From: Carcharhinus amblyrhynchos
Lineage: Eukaryota
DNA length: 64,000 bases
Assembly: GCA_965287045.1 (NCBI GenBank)
Contig: OZ336871.1
Location: 127,968,001-128,032,000, forward strand
Reading direction: 5' to 3'
This document shows, piece after piece, positions 50,606 through 64,000 of the stretch. The notes below the pieces were generated by a model. That model saw nothing but the letters and a program-made list of their open reading frames with translations, did no database searches and had not been told where the DNA came from. The stretch's first letter is position 1. Each line of letters starts with the position of its first letter. The position numbers were made by a program, and so were the translations under genes.

Positions 50606-52227
50606 TTCTTGTTCCGACTTCTGCTTTATCTCATATTGCTCTCTTTCCTGACTTGTAATGGAATGTAAAACCCAATTGTAGCCTTCATCTGATGTTGTGT
50701 CATGAGCTAACAGAACTCTGAGGAGATTGAGATGTTAGTTGTATTGAGATGTTAATTGAGGGATAAATATTGGTCAGCATATTTCCTGAAGTGCACCAGT
50801 TGCTAAGCTTTAAAAGTACCTCAGTGCCTGCAAAAATGCCTTGGGACATCATGTGGTTGTGGAAGGTGCTATATAAATGGACATCCTTTCCTTCTGTCAC
50901 TTTCTTTTGTTAATTTTCTCATCTATTACTATTTCACTTTTGTTGCTTTTTTCTAGGTATGATGTGTTGCCTGCAGTATAAATTTGTTTAATATTCAGTA
51001 TTGAAGCTTGATCTCATGTTAAAATTGAACTATTGTTCAAAAAAAATTGAACTAATGTTACTCTGCTCCAGCAGTGGCAATCTGCATGCATAGAAACAAT
51101 AGAGGGAAGGAAATACAGTCTGGCCTACACATGACTTCAGAACCACAGCAGCGCGGTCAACTCTCAACTGTCCTGCATGGGCAATCAATGCTGGCCAGCC
51201 AACGATGCCCATGTTCCACAAATGAATAAAAAAAATTTACAGAATGCACTATAATAACTTGCCAAAATTGGTGCATCAATCCCCTGCATCAATCACTGAA
51301 GTGGTCAAGAGCAGCAATGTTAAGGCAACACTGTCACCACTTAAGTTCCCCTCCAACGTGTGCCCAATGGTGACTTGAACGTGTATGACTGTTCCTTCAT
51401 CATTACTGGTTTAATATTTTGGAGTTACTGACCGAGTATCCTTGCAGCAACACTGATCACAAGGAGAACTCTCATCACTGCAACCTCAGGGCATCTAAGG
51501 ATGGGGAACGAGTGTGGCCTCACCAACATCCGGAGGACAAGTTTAAAGAGCACATTTTTGACCTACTTCTGCCATTGTAACTCTGTAGCTTTAACGCACG
51601 CAGCCCGTATCTCTCTCGGCCTGAAGTATGAGTGGCATGTATGAAAATTTTGTAGCAGCACATGTACACTGCTGTTTTTATTGTTGGGTAGGCATATGTT
51701 ATCAACACTAGAAATTCAAACAGTTACAGAACTGGGTGGAGAATAAAGCACTAACTCCAGGTTTGGCACAAATTCAGTGAACTTGTGATTTAACTGAGCT
51801 AAAAACATTTGACTGCTTTAATTTTTAGGGTTGAGTTGGAGGAAGAAAATTAGGTTCTATGATTCTGGTGATTTTCTTCTCACTAACACACAAAAATGCC
51901 CTTGTGACTGTTCTTCCTGAAGAAGAAAGGGAGGATTAAAGATAACATTTTTGACATGTTTAATTGTGTTTTCCTTCCCCTGAAAATTTGTGGGTTTTGT
52001 TAATTCCTGTGCATTTTAAAATGAAAAAGCTATATAGACAACTTTTTAGTCAGCAGAAATAAATGTGCTTTCTTCTATAGTCTTGGAAACACTACAGACA
52101 CCAAATGGCATACTCTAGTGCTATGCTTGTGGATAATTATTACTTTTTTTTTGTAGATCAGAGGTAGCATGTTGGTCATTTGGCAAGTTTCAAAGGCACT
52201 GCCTAGTTAATGTCAATTTTTTAAGAA

Positions 52228-52850
52228 TTAATTTATGAAATGTGAGCTCCACTGGCTAGGCCAGCATTTATTGTCCATCCCTAGTTGCCCTTCAGAAGGT
52301 GGTGGTGAACTGCACTCCCTGAAGCGTAGGTACAGCCACAGTGCCATTAGAGAGGGAATACTAGGATTTTGACCTAGTGACAGTGAAAGAACTGCAATAT
52401 TTTTCCACGTTAGGATGGCGAATGACTTGGAGGTGAATCTCCAGATGGTTAGCAAATATCTGGCACCATCTATACATAGTAGCGGTCGTGTGTTTGGAAG
52501 GTACTGCCTAAGGAACCTTGGTGAGTTACTGCAGTACATCTGGTAGATGGTATGCATAGCAGCCACTATTCGTCAGTGGTTGAAGGATTGACTGTTTGAG
52601 GAAGGGGTAGCAAACAAGTGGACCGCTTTGTCCTGGATGGTATTGAGCTTCTTGAGTGCTACAATCGTTGAGGCAAGTGCAAAGTATTCCATTACATTCC
52701 TAAATTATGCCTTGTAGATAGTGGAAAGGCTTTTGGGGGGGCGGTCAGAAGTTGAGTTATTTACCACAGATTTCTAGCGTCAGACCTGCTGTGGTGGCCA
52801 CAGTATTTACATGGCTGGTCCAGTTCAGGTTCTGGTCAATGGTAACTGAT
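52228..52850 (-). mobile_element. Second CR1/L2-group LINE family, 3' portion
   Basis: Tail GGCTAGGCCAGCATTTATTGTCCATCCCTA, shared with 56370-56640. Confidence 0.65.
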
Positions 52851-53037
52851 TAGGTGGATTGGTCATGATAAATTGCCCCGTCGTGTCCTAAGGTGTGTTG
52901 GTTATGGGGATTAGTGGGCAAATGCGTGCGGTTACGTGGATGGGTTGGGCAGTGGGCCTAGGTAAGATGGTCTTTCAGAGGGTTGGTGCAGACTTGACGG
53001 GCCAAATGGCCTCTCTCTGCACTGTAGGGATTCTGTG
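52851..53037 (+). mobile_element. HE1 SINE, 3' half
   Basis: TTAGGTGGATTGGTCATG...CTGCACTGTAGGGATTCT. Confidence 0.75.
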
Positions 53038-53117
53038 ATATTGGAGTGCGAGTATTCCATGATGGAACCTGATGGTTTGAAGTAGGGTTTCGTGAGGACC
53101 GGAAGCTGGTGAGGGTC

Positions 53118-53222
53118 TCATAAGAACATAAGAAATAGGAGCAGGAGTAGGCTATCTGGCCCTTCGAGCCTGCCCCGCCATTCAATAAGATCATGGCTGA
53201 TCTGTCGTGGCTCAGTTCCACA
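53118..53222 (-). mobile_element. Severely 5'-truncated young CR1 (3' UTR only)
   Basis: Near-exact reverse complement of 41932-42035. Confidence 0.9.
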
Positions 53223-54395
53223 TTGGGCTGAACCACGTTTAGCGTCCTACTGGGCCTGTCCCTGAAGCAGTTGTCACTTGGGTCATCTCAGCTGTGCTAA
53301 CTTTGGATGGATGGCCCTTCCAGAATGGGCAACAAATGTGTGTGTTCTTGCAACTCTACGCGAGGCCCATGCCTTACTTGTTCTGACTGGCAAATGTCCC
53401 AGTTTTTGTTTTTTTTTTCTCCCACATCTGGTAGGGAATTGACCTGAACCACAAAAAAGGAATGCATCTTCTTGATCCCAAGAATTAAATCTGTGCGTGC
53501 CCCTGAGTAATAGAGAGTTCCTCACCCTGCCAACAGCCAGCTCCAAATGAATGCAATTGGATGCTGGGTTTGGTGTTTCAAATGCACTCCTGGATTCCTT
53601 TCCAAAGTTTTGAAGACCAACCTAAAGCTGTTTGCATGTCCCGTGTGATGCCATTGCTTGAAGTTGCTCTTATGGAGCATCACTAGTGATATCATCTCCG
53701 TGGGATGCCAGAATTGATCTGAAAAAAGCATAAATGTTTGTATTGTAAAATTATTCACAAACGAGTGAACAGAAATTTTATTTTGCAGTAGGTGCTTTCT
53801 GGCTTGAATGCTGAAGAACAGAACTTGGAGAGAATTAGGGACTGCTAAAGCTGTGCAAAATGAGCAAGCTTTATGCTTCTGATTTTGGTAGCAGTTAATC
53901 TACCCTTTTGTGGCAAGTGATTTGCAATAAATTTTCAAGGGAGCTGATGCTTGCCATAAACTCATCTTTGAAAGAATGATTGACTTACTCCTTTCCGTAA
54001 TTAATTGTTCACCAACTTTTTTTTTTAATCTTGCAACCTAGAGCTACTGTCCTATATGTAGTTGGACAGCAGAGCATTGTATGTGTTTTTAGGCAAGCCA
54101 CGGGATTGCAGTCGCATAATTTTAGATATTTGTTTGCAATGTTCTGCACGTGGGTCTTTGCTGAATGTGTGCAGGACACGCGGGCAGGTCAGGTGGTGCT
54201 GTTACAGGACAGCTCGCAATAGAATCTGAAACAAGACCTCATTAGTAGAACACAGTTTGTGCTTTGTCTAAGCCTGGTGGCAGAAGTGCCATCTGCCAGC
54301 AGGAAATGCCAATGCCAGCCAGGCAGCAATATTGGCAGCACCTGAAAATATGTAATTCCTTTTTTATTTAAAAATCAAAACTAAAAAAAAAACAA

Positions 54396-54665
54396 AGCAC
54401 ACATTTAAAGGTGAGAAATTCAAAGGAGATGTGAGGGGCAATTTTTTTTTATATAGACAGCGGTAGGTGTTTGGAATGCACTGCCAGGTTTGGTGGTGCA
54501 GGCAGATATGATAGAGGCATTTAAGGGGCTTTTAGATAAGCACCTGAATATGCAAGGAATAGGGGGATATGGACCAAAGGCAGACAAGAAGGGATTAGTT
54601 TAATTTGGTGTCAGCATAACATCGTGGGTCAAAGGGTTTGTTCCTGTGCTGTACTGTTCTATGTA
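54396..54665 (+). mobile_element. CR1 3' fragment
   Basis: KVRNSKEM/WNALP-like region and tail CCTGTGCTGTACTGTTCTATG. Confidence 0.8.
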
Positions 54666-55099
54666 AACCTTTCAGCATAGGAATTTCAAAAGCTGGTGCA
54701 CTGTTAATGCAAGTGATTAATTAAAATGTTGACAAATGATTAAGCATCTCTCATCAACATTAAGGTCACTATGATTGTCAAGGATATGATTTGCATACCT
54801 TTAATTTGTTATCCTAAGGGTGATATTCCATAGTCCAATACATGAACACGTGTGATCCTTTTTTCCATTTCACGTGATCAGCCAAGTTCATAATTTCACT
54901 TGCCAAGGAAGCTTTATATTGAAAATGGGATGATATTCACTTTGTTGAGCACGAGTATGAAACACTTAAGAATTACATGAAAGGAAGCCCAAAGAAACAA
55001 TGAAAACTGCACAAAATTATTTTTTTAGCAGACATTTTTAATCACATTTTCAACAATATGTAATGTGCATGGTATGCATCACTACCTTGACTTCCTTAA

Positions 55100-55430
55100 T
55101 AGGATGATGGGATAGAGGCCTGAATAGAGTGGATAGGAAAGACTTTATTTCCATTAGCAGGAGGGTCAGTTCCAAGGTGCTTAGATTTAAAGTAATTGCT
55201 GGAAGGATTAGAAGGGAGTTGAAGAGGAATCTTATCACCCAGAGGTTGCCTGGGTGCCTGGAACCCATTGCCAAAGAGATGATTGGCAGAAACCTCCAGC
55301 CCATTTTTAAAAGTGCTTGGACATGTATTCAAGGCTGTGGACTAAGACCTGGTGACTGGGATTAAGCCAAATAGCTCTTTCTTGATTAACTGAACAACGA
55401 CTTCCTTTGCTGTAAATTGCTCTGATGATT
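55100..55430 (+). mobile_element. Old CR1 3' fragment
   Basis: Degenerate DRVDRK...RFKV...RN..TQR. Confidence 0.6.
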
Positions 55431-56639
55431 AAAGTGTGCTTCTGTCAAGAGTTAGGCTTGTTTTATTTCTATAGAAATATAATCCATAATTTATTGTCTC
55501 CTACTTAATTGATAAATTGGTTATGATCTATTTTTTTAACAGTTGTGGTAAAGTATGCTAAATGGTGATTATGGTGCCAATAGTATGATGGATGGGATAT
55601 TTGAACTGCACAAGTCTTTGAGCATGGATGAAGCTGTAATAGATGTTATCCAGAATACTTGAATGTCGCATGTAGTATACAATTTCTTATTCAATTTTGG
55701 ATCTTGTGATTCCATTACTCGTTGATTTATGTGTTTTTAAACAATGTAAATTCTTCTTAAACAGAGGATAATTAATATATTCTCCCTTCATGTTTAATGA
55801 AATGAATGTTAATGTATTGTGAGCAGCTGCAAGTTGATAAAGTCTACAAGGAAATGTTTTAATCTGCTGTTTAATCGGGGGCACCAGAAACCAAGAGACC
55901 AATGTTTGTTGCCCAAAAAGGGATGAAAGTATTGTGTCCCAAGGGTTACTACTGCACCCACAATTGTCTGTTTGCATGCAATATATATCTGTATCTAGAT
56001 AAATATAGATCGTGTTGAGCATAAAGCTAAAATTTGCTGATGACACAAAAATACGGATTAGACAAACAGCGAGGCAGATTGTAAAATACTTCAGGAAGAT
56101 GTGAATAAGTTGGTAGGATAGATAGCAGACTCAATAGAAATTAGAGAAATGTAGTGATAAATTTTGGGTAGAAGAGCAGAAATGAGAATATACACCAAAT
56201 GAAAAATGCTGATGAGTAGAGACGAGCAAAGGCATGTGGGAGATCAGCTATATAATTCTTTGAAATTGTGGCTGTAAATAGGTAAAACCATGAATGAAAA
56301 GCCAGGAACAGCTTAGATTTTATAGATGAGAGCAGGGAATACAAAAGCAAAGAGCTTTTTTTAATATATCTGTTTGCAAGATGTGGGCATTTCCAGTTAG
56401 GCCAGCATTTATTGCCCATCTATAATTGGCCCCGAGATGATGGTGGTGATCAGTGCCAGCTTGAACTACTGCAGTCCATTTGGTACACTCACAGTACTGT
56501 TAGGATGTGACTCTGAAGATTTTGACCTGACGCGAGTAGAAAAACAGGAATGTAGTTCCAAGTCAGGATGGTGTATTGGGGGGTTGGAGGGCAACTTGCA
56601 AGTGGTGGTGTTCTGCTGCCCTTGTACGCAATGGTGTTG

Positions 56640-57045
56640 AGGATTCCCTATGCTACCACCCTTTCAGGCACTGAGCTCCAAGCTCCCACCACCCTTGAGT
56701 GGAAACTGTTTTCCTCAAATACTCTCTAAATGTCCTCCCTCTTGCCGTTAATCTATGCCCCCTGGTTATTGACCTCTCCACTAAGGGGAAAGTTTCTTCT
56801 TCTTTACTCTGTCCCCCATAATTTAGTGCAATTTAATTGTCAGTTCCCCTCTTGGCCTTCTCTGCTCTAAGGAGAACAATCCCAGCCTAACCATGTCTCT
56901 TTATAGGTGAAACACTCCAGCCTAGGCAACATCCTGGTGCTTCTCCTCTGCACCCTCTCTAGTGCGGTCACGTCCTGCCTGTAGAGTGGTGACCAGAATT
57001 GCATACCTTATTCCAGCTGTGGCCTATGAAGCATTTTATACAGGG
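56640..57045 (-). mobile_element. Old CR1 fragment
   Basis: Reverse complement of the QFWSP / RMLP / GLFSLE coding region. Confidence 0.7.
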
Positions 57046-57200
57046 TTGTGATTTTAAAAAAAAGCCCAAGGCTTAACTGGAGGTCGTATGACAGAATGGT
57101 GTGTTTTTTGCATTATTATGGAGCACTTTTGTTTACTTTGTAGAGGGCTCACACTTGCTGGCAACATAATGTTAATAATACAAAATGAAGATTACAGGAC

Positions 57201-59324
57201 TAGGAGATTACAGGGATTGGGAACGTCCGAAATGTGGAGTTTTTTCAAGGAGCAGCTACTGCGAGTCTGTCATAGGTATGTCCCTGTCAGGCAAGGTGGA
57301 ATTGGTAAGGCTAGGGAACCGTGGTGCACCAAAAAAGTTGATTCGTTGGTTAAAAAGAAAAAGGAGGCTTATGTTCAGATGAGACGTGAGCACTCGGATA
57401 GTGCACTAGAGAGCTTTAGATTGGCTAGGAGGGAGTTGAGGAGGGAGTTGAAGAGCGAGCTAAGAAGGGCTAAAAGAGGACATGAGAAGACTTTGGCTGA
57501 TAGGGTTAAGGAGAATCCTAAGGCATTCTATAGGTATGTCAAGAACAGAAGGTTGGTTAGGGCCAGTTATAGACGGCAGAGGGAAGTTATGTGTGGAACC
57601 GGAGGAGATTGGTGAAGCATTGAACCAATATTTCTCTTCGGTGTTCACGCAGGGGGACATGGATATAGCTGAGGAGGACACTGGGTTGCAGGGGAGTAGA
57701 ATTGACAGTGTTACAGTTGATAAGGAGGATGTGCTGGATATTCTGGAGGGTCTGAAAATAGATAAGTCCCCTGGTCCGGATGGGATTTACCCCAGGATTC
57801 TCTGGGAGGCAAGAGAAGTGATTGCAGAGCCTCTGGCTCTGATCTTCAGGTCGTCGTTGGCCTCTGGTATAGTACCAGATGATTGGAGGTTAGCGAATGT
57901 TGTCCCATTGTTTAAGAAGGGGAACAGAGACTTCCCCAGGAATTATAGACCGGTGAGTCTCACTTCTGTTGTGGGCAAGGTTTTGGAAAAAATTATTAGG
58001 GATAGGATTTATAGTTATTTGGAGAGTAATGAGTTGATTGGAGATAGTCAGCATGGTTTTGTGGCGGGTAGGTCGTGCCTTACTAACCTTATTGAGTTTT
58101 TTGAGAAAGTGACCAAAGAGGTGGATGGGGGTAAGGCAGTGGACGTGGTGTATATGGATTTTAGTAAGGCGTTTGATAAGGTTCACCATGGTAGGCTTCT
58201 GCACAAAATGCAGATGTATGGGATTGGGGATGATCTAGGGAACTGGATTAGGAATTGGCTAGCGGATAGGAGACAGAGGGTAGTGGTTGACGGTAAATAT
58301 TCATCATGGAGTTCGGTTACAAGTGGTGTGCCTCAGGGATCTGTGTTGGGGCCACTGCTGTTTGTGATTTTTATTAATGATCTGGATGAGGGTATAGTTG
58401 GGTGGATCAGTAAATTTGCTGATGACACCAAAGTCGGAGGTGTGGTAGATAGTGAGGAAGGGTGTCATAGTTTGCAGGAAGACTTAGACAGGTTGCAGAG
58501 CTGGGCCGAGAGGTGGCGGATGGAGTTTAATGCAGAGAAATGTGAGGTAATTCACTTTGGTAGGAATAACAGATGTGTTGAGTATAGGGCTAACGGGAAG
58601 ACTTTGAATAGTGTGGAGGAGCAGAGGGATCTAGGTGTATGTGTACATAGATCCCTGAAAGTTGGGAATCAAGTAGATAAAGTTGTTAAGAAGGCATACA
58701 GTGTCTTGGCGTTTATTGGTAGGGGGATTGAATTTAGGAGTCGTAGCGTTATGTTGCAACTGTACACAACTCTGGTGCGGCCGCACTTGGAGTACTGTGT
58801 GCAGTTCTGGTCCCCACATTACAGGAAGGATGTGGAGGCTTTGGAGAGGGTGCAGAGGAGGTTTACCAGGATGTTGCCTGGTATGGAGGGGAGATCCTAT
58901 GAGGAGAGGCTGAGGGATTTGGGGTTGTTTTCGCTGGAAAGAAGGCGGCTAAGAGGGGATCTTATTGAAACATATAAGATGATTAGAGGTTTAGATAGGG
59001 TGGATAGTGATAGCCTTTTTCCTCTGATGGAAAAATCTAGCACGAGGGGGCATGGCTTTAAACTAAGGGGGGGGTAGTTATAGGACAGATGTCAGGGGTA
59101 GGTTCTTTACCCAGAGGGTGGTGAGGGATTGGAATGCCCTGCCTGCTGCAGTTGTAAATGCGCCTAGTTTGGGGGCGTTTAAGAGGTCTGTGGACAGGTT
59201 TATGGACGAAAAGGGATTGGTTTAGGTTAGTGGGTCATTGTTGTTGTTTTTTTTTAACTGGTCGGCGCAACATCGTGGGCCGAAGGGCCTGTTCTGCGCT
59301 GTAATGTTCTATGTTCTATGTTCT
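57201..59324 (+). mobile_element. Young HER1/CR1-type LINE, 5'-truncated, with uninterrupted RT domain
   Basis: ORF 57482-59077: KSPGPDG, NYRPVSLTS, QHGF, DFSKAFDKV, GVPQGSVLGPLLF, FADD. Frameshifts near 57560 and in the G-run at ~59075; tail (TGTTCTA)n. Confidence 0.97.
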
Positions 59325-60320
59325 AAGATATCATCAAAATCTGAATGTTGCAATTCTTAGTTTATGTATAATCACTTCAGATTTTCCATGTCTGTTATAA
59401 CATTTAGCATTCTTGGAAGTTCATTCTGCTGTTGAAAGCACATAAGATTTTATTGAAAAGTGAATGATTTTGTTATTGCATAACATAGTCTGATAACCCA
59501 TAACTGTTTGCTAGTGATCTAATCAAATGGGGAAAATTACATCCTGTAAATAGATTGCCTTCTCCACTGTTTTGCAATTAAGAGAATATGGAGTAAGAGG
59601 TTTCAAATTTTAACACTCTCTGCCTTTTGGTGTTAATGGTGTTTTATGTTACAGCACAAAGTTCTTTTGTGTTACAAATAATTTTGTGAAAGGTTGCAGG
59701 GGTTCATTTAAATGGTAACACTCATAAAGTTTCAGTTTAGTCCACTATGGTACCCCTGACAGCAGGACCAAAAGAATACTGTAACTTTATTTGGGTGCTT
59801 CTTATTTAAGCTTGAGCTTTTGTAGATCCCTTGGCCATTTCAGATATTTATTTTACATAAAAAATGATTGATTGGGAGATCCTTAATATTAGCTTCTCTC
59901 TCTTCTGCTACATGGGATAAAAGGCTGCTGTGTTGATCCTAGGTTTGTACAGAATTAAAAATAAAATGTGCTGGAAATACTCAACCGCTCAGGCAGTATT
60001 GGTGGAGAGAGCAAGAGTTGCTGTTTTAGGTTTGTGATCTTTTCTCAGAACTGGGAAAAGTCAGTACTTTAATCAGCCTTGTGCAAACGAAAGGGGAGGT
60101 GGGAAGAAGAACAAAGGGAAAAGGTTTCTTGCTGGATGGAGGGCGGGTGAGATTAAATGACAAGTAATAAAACAAAGGATATGCCTAAAGGAGGTGTGAA
60201 TGGCAGGGTACCTGCAGACAGAACACACAGTGAAGGAAATAAGAGAAACAAGGAAAAAAAACAAACCAATAAAGAGATACAAAAGGGACAAAGGTTATGA
60301 TTTAAGATGATTGGACTGAA

Positions 60321-61170
60321 TGGGCAGCACAGTGGGATTGTGGTTAGCACTGCTGCCTCTCGATTCCAGGGGCCTGTATTCAATTTCGGTCTTGGATGAC
60401 TGACTGTGTGGAGTTTGCACGTGCTCCCTGAGCCTGTGTGGATATCCTTGGGGTGCTCTGGTTTCCTCCCAAAGTCCAAAAATGTTCAAGTTAGGTTGAT
60501 TGGCCATGCTAAAATTTCTTCCTTAGTATCCCAAGATATGTAAATTAGGGGGGGATCATAAGAGCATAAGAAATAGGAGCAGGAGTAGGCCATCTAGCCC
60601 TTCGAGCCTGCCCCGCCATTCAATAAGATCATGGCTGATCTGTTGTGGTTCAGTTCCACATTCCCGCCCTCTCCCCATAACCCTTAATCCCCTCGCTTAT
60701 CAAAAACCCATCAACCTGCGTCTTAAAAATATTTAGCGAGGCAGCCTCCACCACATCAACGGGCAGAGAATTCCAGAGATTCACCACCCTTTGAGTGAAG
60801 AAGTTCATCCTCAACTCCGTTCTAAACCGCCCCCTCCTTTATCTTGAGGCTGTGCCCCCTAGTTCTACTGTCCTTTCTGAGTCTCTCCACCTCTATCCTA
60901 TCCATCCCATTCATCATCTTATACGTGTCAATGAGATCTCCCCTCATTCTTCTAAACTCTAACGAGTACAAGCCTAGTTTATTCAGCCCCTCCTCATAGT
61001 TCAACCCCCTCAACTCCGGTATCAGTCTAGTAAACCTCCTCTGCACTCCCTCCAAGGCCAAAATATCCAGTGGGGTTACGCGATTAGGATCTGGGTGGGA
61101 TGCTCCATGGGAGAGTTGGTGTAGACCCGTTGGGCAGAATGGCCTGCTTCTGCACTATCGGGTTTCTATT
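60321..61170 (+). mobile_element. HE1 V-SINE split by an antisense CR1
   Basis: Head and V-domain at 60321-60555; the tail resumes at ~61069. Confidence 0.82.
60556..61068 (-). mobile_element. Young CR1 3' fragment
   Basis: Near-identical in reverse to 41516-42035. Confidence 0.94.
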
Positions 61171-62624
61171 ACCTCTCCTATGATTTCCAAAGCTGAGTCC
61201 ACAAAACTTTAAGAAAGGTGAGGTGCGATTCCCTGAGCTTGTGCTGAACTTCACTTTAGCAGTCCAGGGACAGAATAGTCAGAGTGGGTGCAAAGTGGTG
61301 AATTAAAGTAACAAGCAACTGGAAGCTCGGAACCAGAGTTGGAAAATGAATGGGGGCGTTTTGTGAAGCATCTTCAGCCAGAGTATCCGATCCCTCTACA
61401 TCCCCATTCCTTCATCCGTACGCCCTAAGAGCTCTGCATTTCTTCCTTGAACAGAGTCCCAACCAGTTCCAATCACCTCCCTCTCACCTGGCTGAACTTA
61501 CTCTCTCAGACCCTATGAAATGACACCCCTCACATAAATCATCACCACCTTTGGCATAGGAGATTGTGGGGAACAGTGGGCAGAGAGCAAAGTAACACAG
61601 AATGGAAAATTATTTTGTTGTAAAGTTCGTAGACCTCAGTGTATACAATGCAGTACGCCCATTTGCTCTTAGCATTTAGAATTGATAAAAGTACAGAAAG
61701 TTGCTGACAACATTACGAGAATGCCACACCACTTGTGCTCAAATCTATTTTGGGTATGGCATTTTTGGGTCCACAGTTGACACATGTACTGACTAAAACT
61801 TAACTCAGTGAATTGATGTTCAGTATAATGCGAATGTTCAAAGAACTGAACACATTTATCTAGAAATTATGTTTTTTTTCTCAGTGACAGTCTACACCAA
61901 AATTTACTTTCACTAAAAATATAAATTTAGATTTCAAATATAAATCATTTTTGTATCTGCTGCATGTGATTGCTTGAGTCTCGGATGATGATTTTCAGTT
62001 CATCCTTTCAAAAGTCAATAAAATGTTTTACTAACTTCATTCTAATTGCAGTTATTTTTCCTGTTTGCATTACATTTTAAAGATCAGTTTTGATAACTGC
62101 CACTGGTGTGGTTATGTATTTGATCTATGTCAGATTAATGCATGTTGCACACAACAGAACATGGGGAGAATGATATTAACATGTTTAATCATAAATATGG
62201 CTATGTATTGTGACGGTGACCTATTCTCAGATGAGCGAATCACAGCACAAGAGTTTGGAGCTTTGAGTAATCCTTTATCAATGGCCCCCAACAACTTTCT
62301 CAAATTCAGCAATCTGTTCTTTGTCACTGATATTTAATGCAACAATTGGCCCTCTTTTCAAAATACATTCTTAAGAACAATGTGCCCAGTTTGTGTTTAT
62401 GATTTGGCAAGCTTGGCGGAGGGGTTTCTGAAAAGCCTTTTTATTCTTGAGCGATGGCATGTGCTTCATTTTTGAAAAAAGAAAACTCTTGGAACTGTTT
62501 GCTATACTCATCACTATGATTCACACTTATTAATTTGATGATCAAAGAGCATAGATTCCATTTTTTTGCATTGATAGTTGGTTTGGGATCATGCGCTCTT
62601 AAGATTCATGCATTGTAATTCTTA

Positions 62625-62800
62625 GAATCATAGAATCCCTGCAATGCCGAAAAAAGCCGTTCAGCACATTGAGCCTGCACAGACGACAGTTCCACCCAGG
62701 TCCCATCCCCGCACGTATTCATCCTGTCGTTCCCCCTGACACCTGAGGGGCAATCCAGCATGGCCAATCAACCTAATCCGCACGTCTTTGGAGCGCGGGT
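62625..62800 (-). mobile_element. HE1 SINE, 3' fragment
   Basis: AGAATCATAGAATCCC...CATGGCCAATCAACCTAA. Confidence 0.75.
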
Positions 62801-63671
62801 TAGATTGGTCTCCACAAGGCTGTGAGTAATTTCAAACCTTATCCACTCTTTTGCCATCATTGGTTCAGAAGTATTGAGGGCTGAATTTTGCCACTCTTTA
62901 ATTGAAATAGTGATGGAGGTATAAGTGAAAGCTACCAGATCATTTGAAACTGGCCTGTAATTTGAAACTGGCTTTTGTTGATTTCGGAACTATTTCCAGG
63001 TTTTCCATCCTCTTAAGAAGGCTGAACAATTTGACTTAGAAAGAAATTTGCTTGTAAGTCAATTGCTCAATTACTTGGTAATGTCAACCAGTACTGTTTC
63101 TTACTGATGTTCAGGAAACCAACCATTGACCAGTGAGCTACTAGTAGCTGTAGAAAAACACAGCATGTTAGATTCCAGTATTTCTTGTTGCCTGATCGAT
63201 GCCTGCCATGGCACTTCCTTTACTGCACAACCACCACCCACATATAAGGCATATTTTTAGGGGTTGAAGGAGGACCGGTGCAAAAGTAGGCCGAGCCTGC
63301 TCGAGGAATTAATCACTGATTTTTAGTCTGGAGGGACCCTGATGAGTGAATGCTCTGCATCCTATGGAACTGGAGATGCCCACTCTCCTGACGCTTTGTG
63401 TCACAGCAAGCTTCCAGTTCATGACAATTGCTACTGCCTACACCAGATTGCTGAACACATCTGCGTCTGATAAATGGGGTACCATTTCTGAAGCCCCATT
63501 TTCTCTTGACCTGCAACAATTGTGATGACAAGCAGTAGCAATACTTCCATGCATTGTGATTCACTTTCGTGTAGGGAACACGAGCGTTAATGCAAGACAC
63601 AACGTGATACGCAAGCAGAGAAGGTGCAGATGCAGATAGTCTGTGATTGTAAGCTCTGGTTCACACATTTA

Positions 63672-63967
63672 TAGAACCGTAGAAACCGCCCCTCATGTTT
63701 GTACTGACCTTCCAACAGAGCAACCCCCAGGCCCTGTCCCCATATTTTGCCCACTACTTCCCTAACCCACACATTTTGGGGGAGACAAAGGGGCAATTTA
63801 GCATGGGCAATCCACCTAACCACATCTTTGGACTGTGGGAGAAAACTGGAGCACCCAGAGGAAATGGGGAGAACGTGCAAACTCCACACAGACAGTGACC
63901 TGAGGCTAGATTTGAACCCAGGTTTCTGGCACTGTGAGGCAGCAGTGCTAGGCACTGTGCCACCCAT
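63672..63967 (-). mobile_element. HE1 V-SINE
   Basis: Reverse-strand head and V-domain. Confidence 0.87.
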
Positions 63968-64000
63968 TTAAATACTCCATTCCTTTTTTTTAAATATTTA

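Noticed and set aside
57482-59077. 531-aa RT ORF as a domesticated gene or a retron/DGR-like system
   Set aside because: It is an ordinary CR1 ORF2, 5'-truncated and frameshifted at both ends, with a standard 3' UTR and tail.
7096-64000. DIP2C exon 2 (expected DITQKGYEKKR) and a strand bias of intronic CR1s
   Set aside because: I found no such coding segment by eye. CR1 copies occur on both strands in numbers too small to claim a bias.

Overview
Eukaryotic, repeat-rich DNA, almost certainly from a shark or other elasmobranch: it carries many HE1/V-SINEs, HER1/CR1-type LINEs and Deu-domain SINEs. The only host gene I can support is DIP2C on the + strand. It shows a CpG-rich promoter (~6.2-7.0 kb), two short upstream ORFs and the first coding exon (7011-7095, MADRSIDSLALPLEVRAKLAELDLELSE/G, phase-1 GT donor). 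Everything from 7096 to the window end appears to be intron 1, since I found no exon 2. Most ORF-track entries are LINE fragments, antisense shadows or noise. The most notable observations are: (1) Penelope-type terminal repeats carrying minimal hammerhead-ribozyme motifs with covarying stem II, including a perfect 86-bp palindrome with a 14-bp TSD; (2) a ~200-nt structured, A-tailed retroposon whose 5' end matches U2 snRNA stem-loop I; (3) an array of palindromic GATACATTGTATC (DMRT-type) motifs in the DIP2C promoter. Repeat boundaries and family names were read by eye and are approximate.
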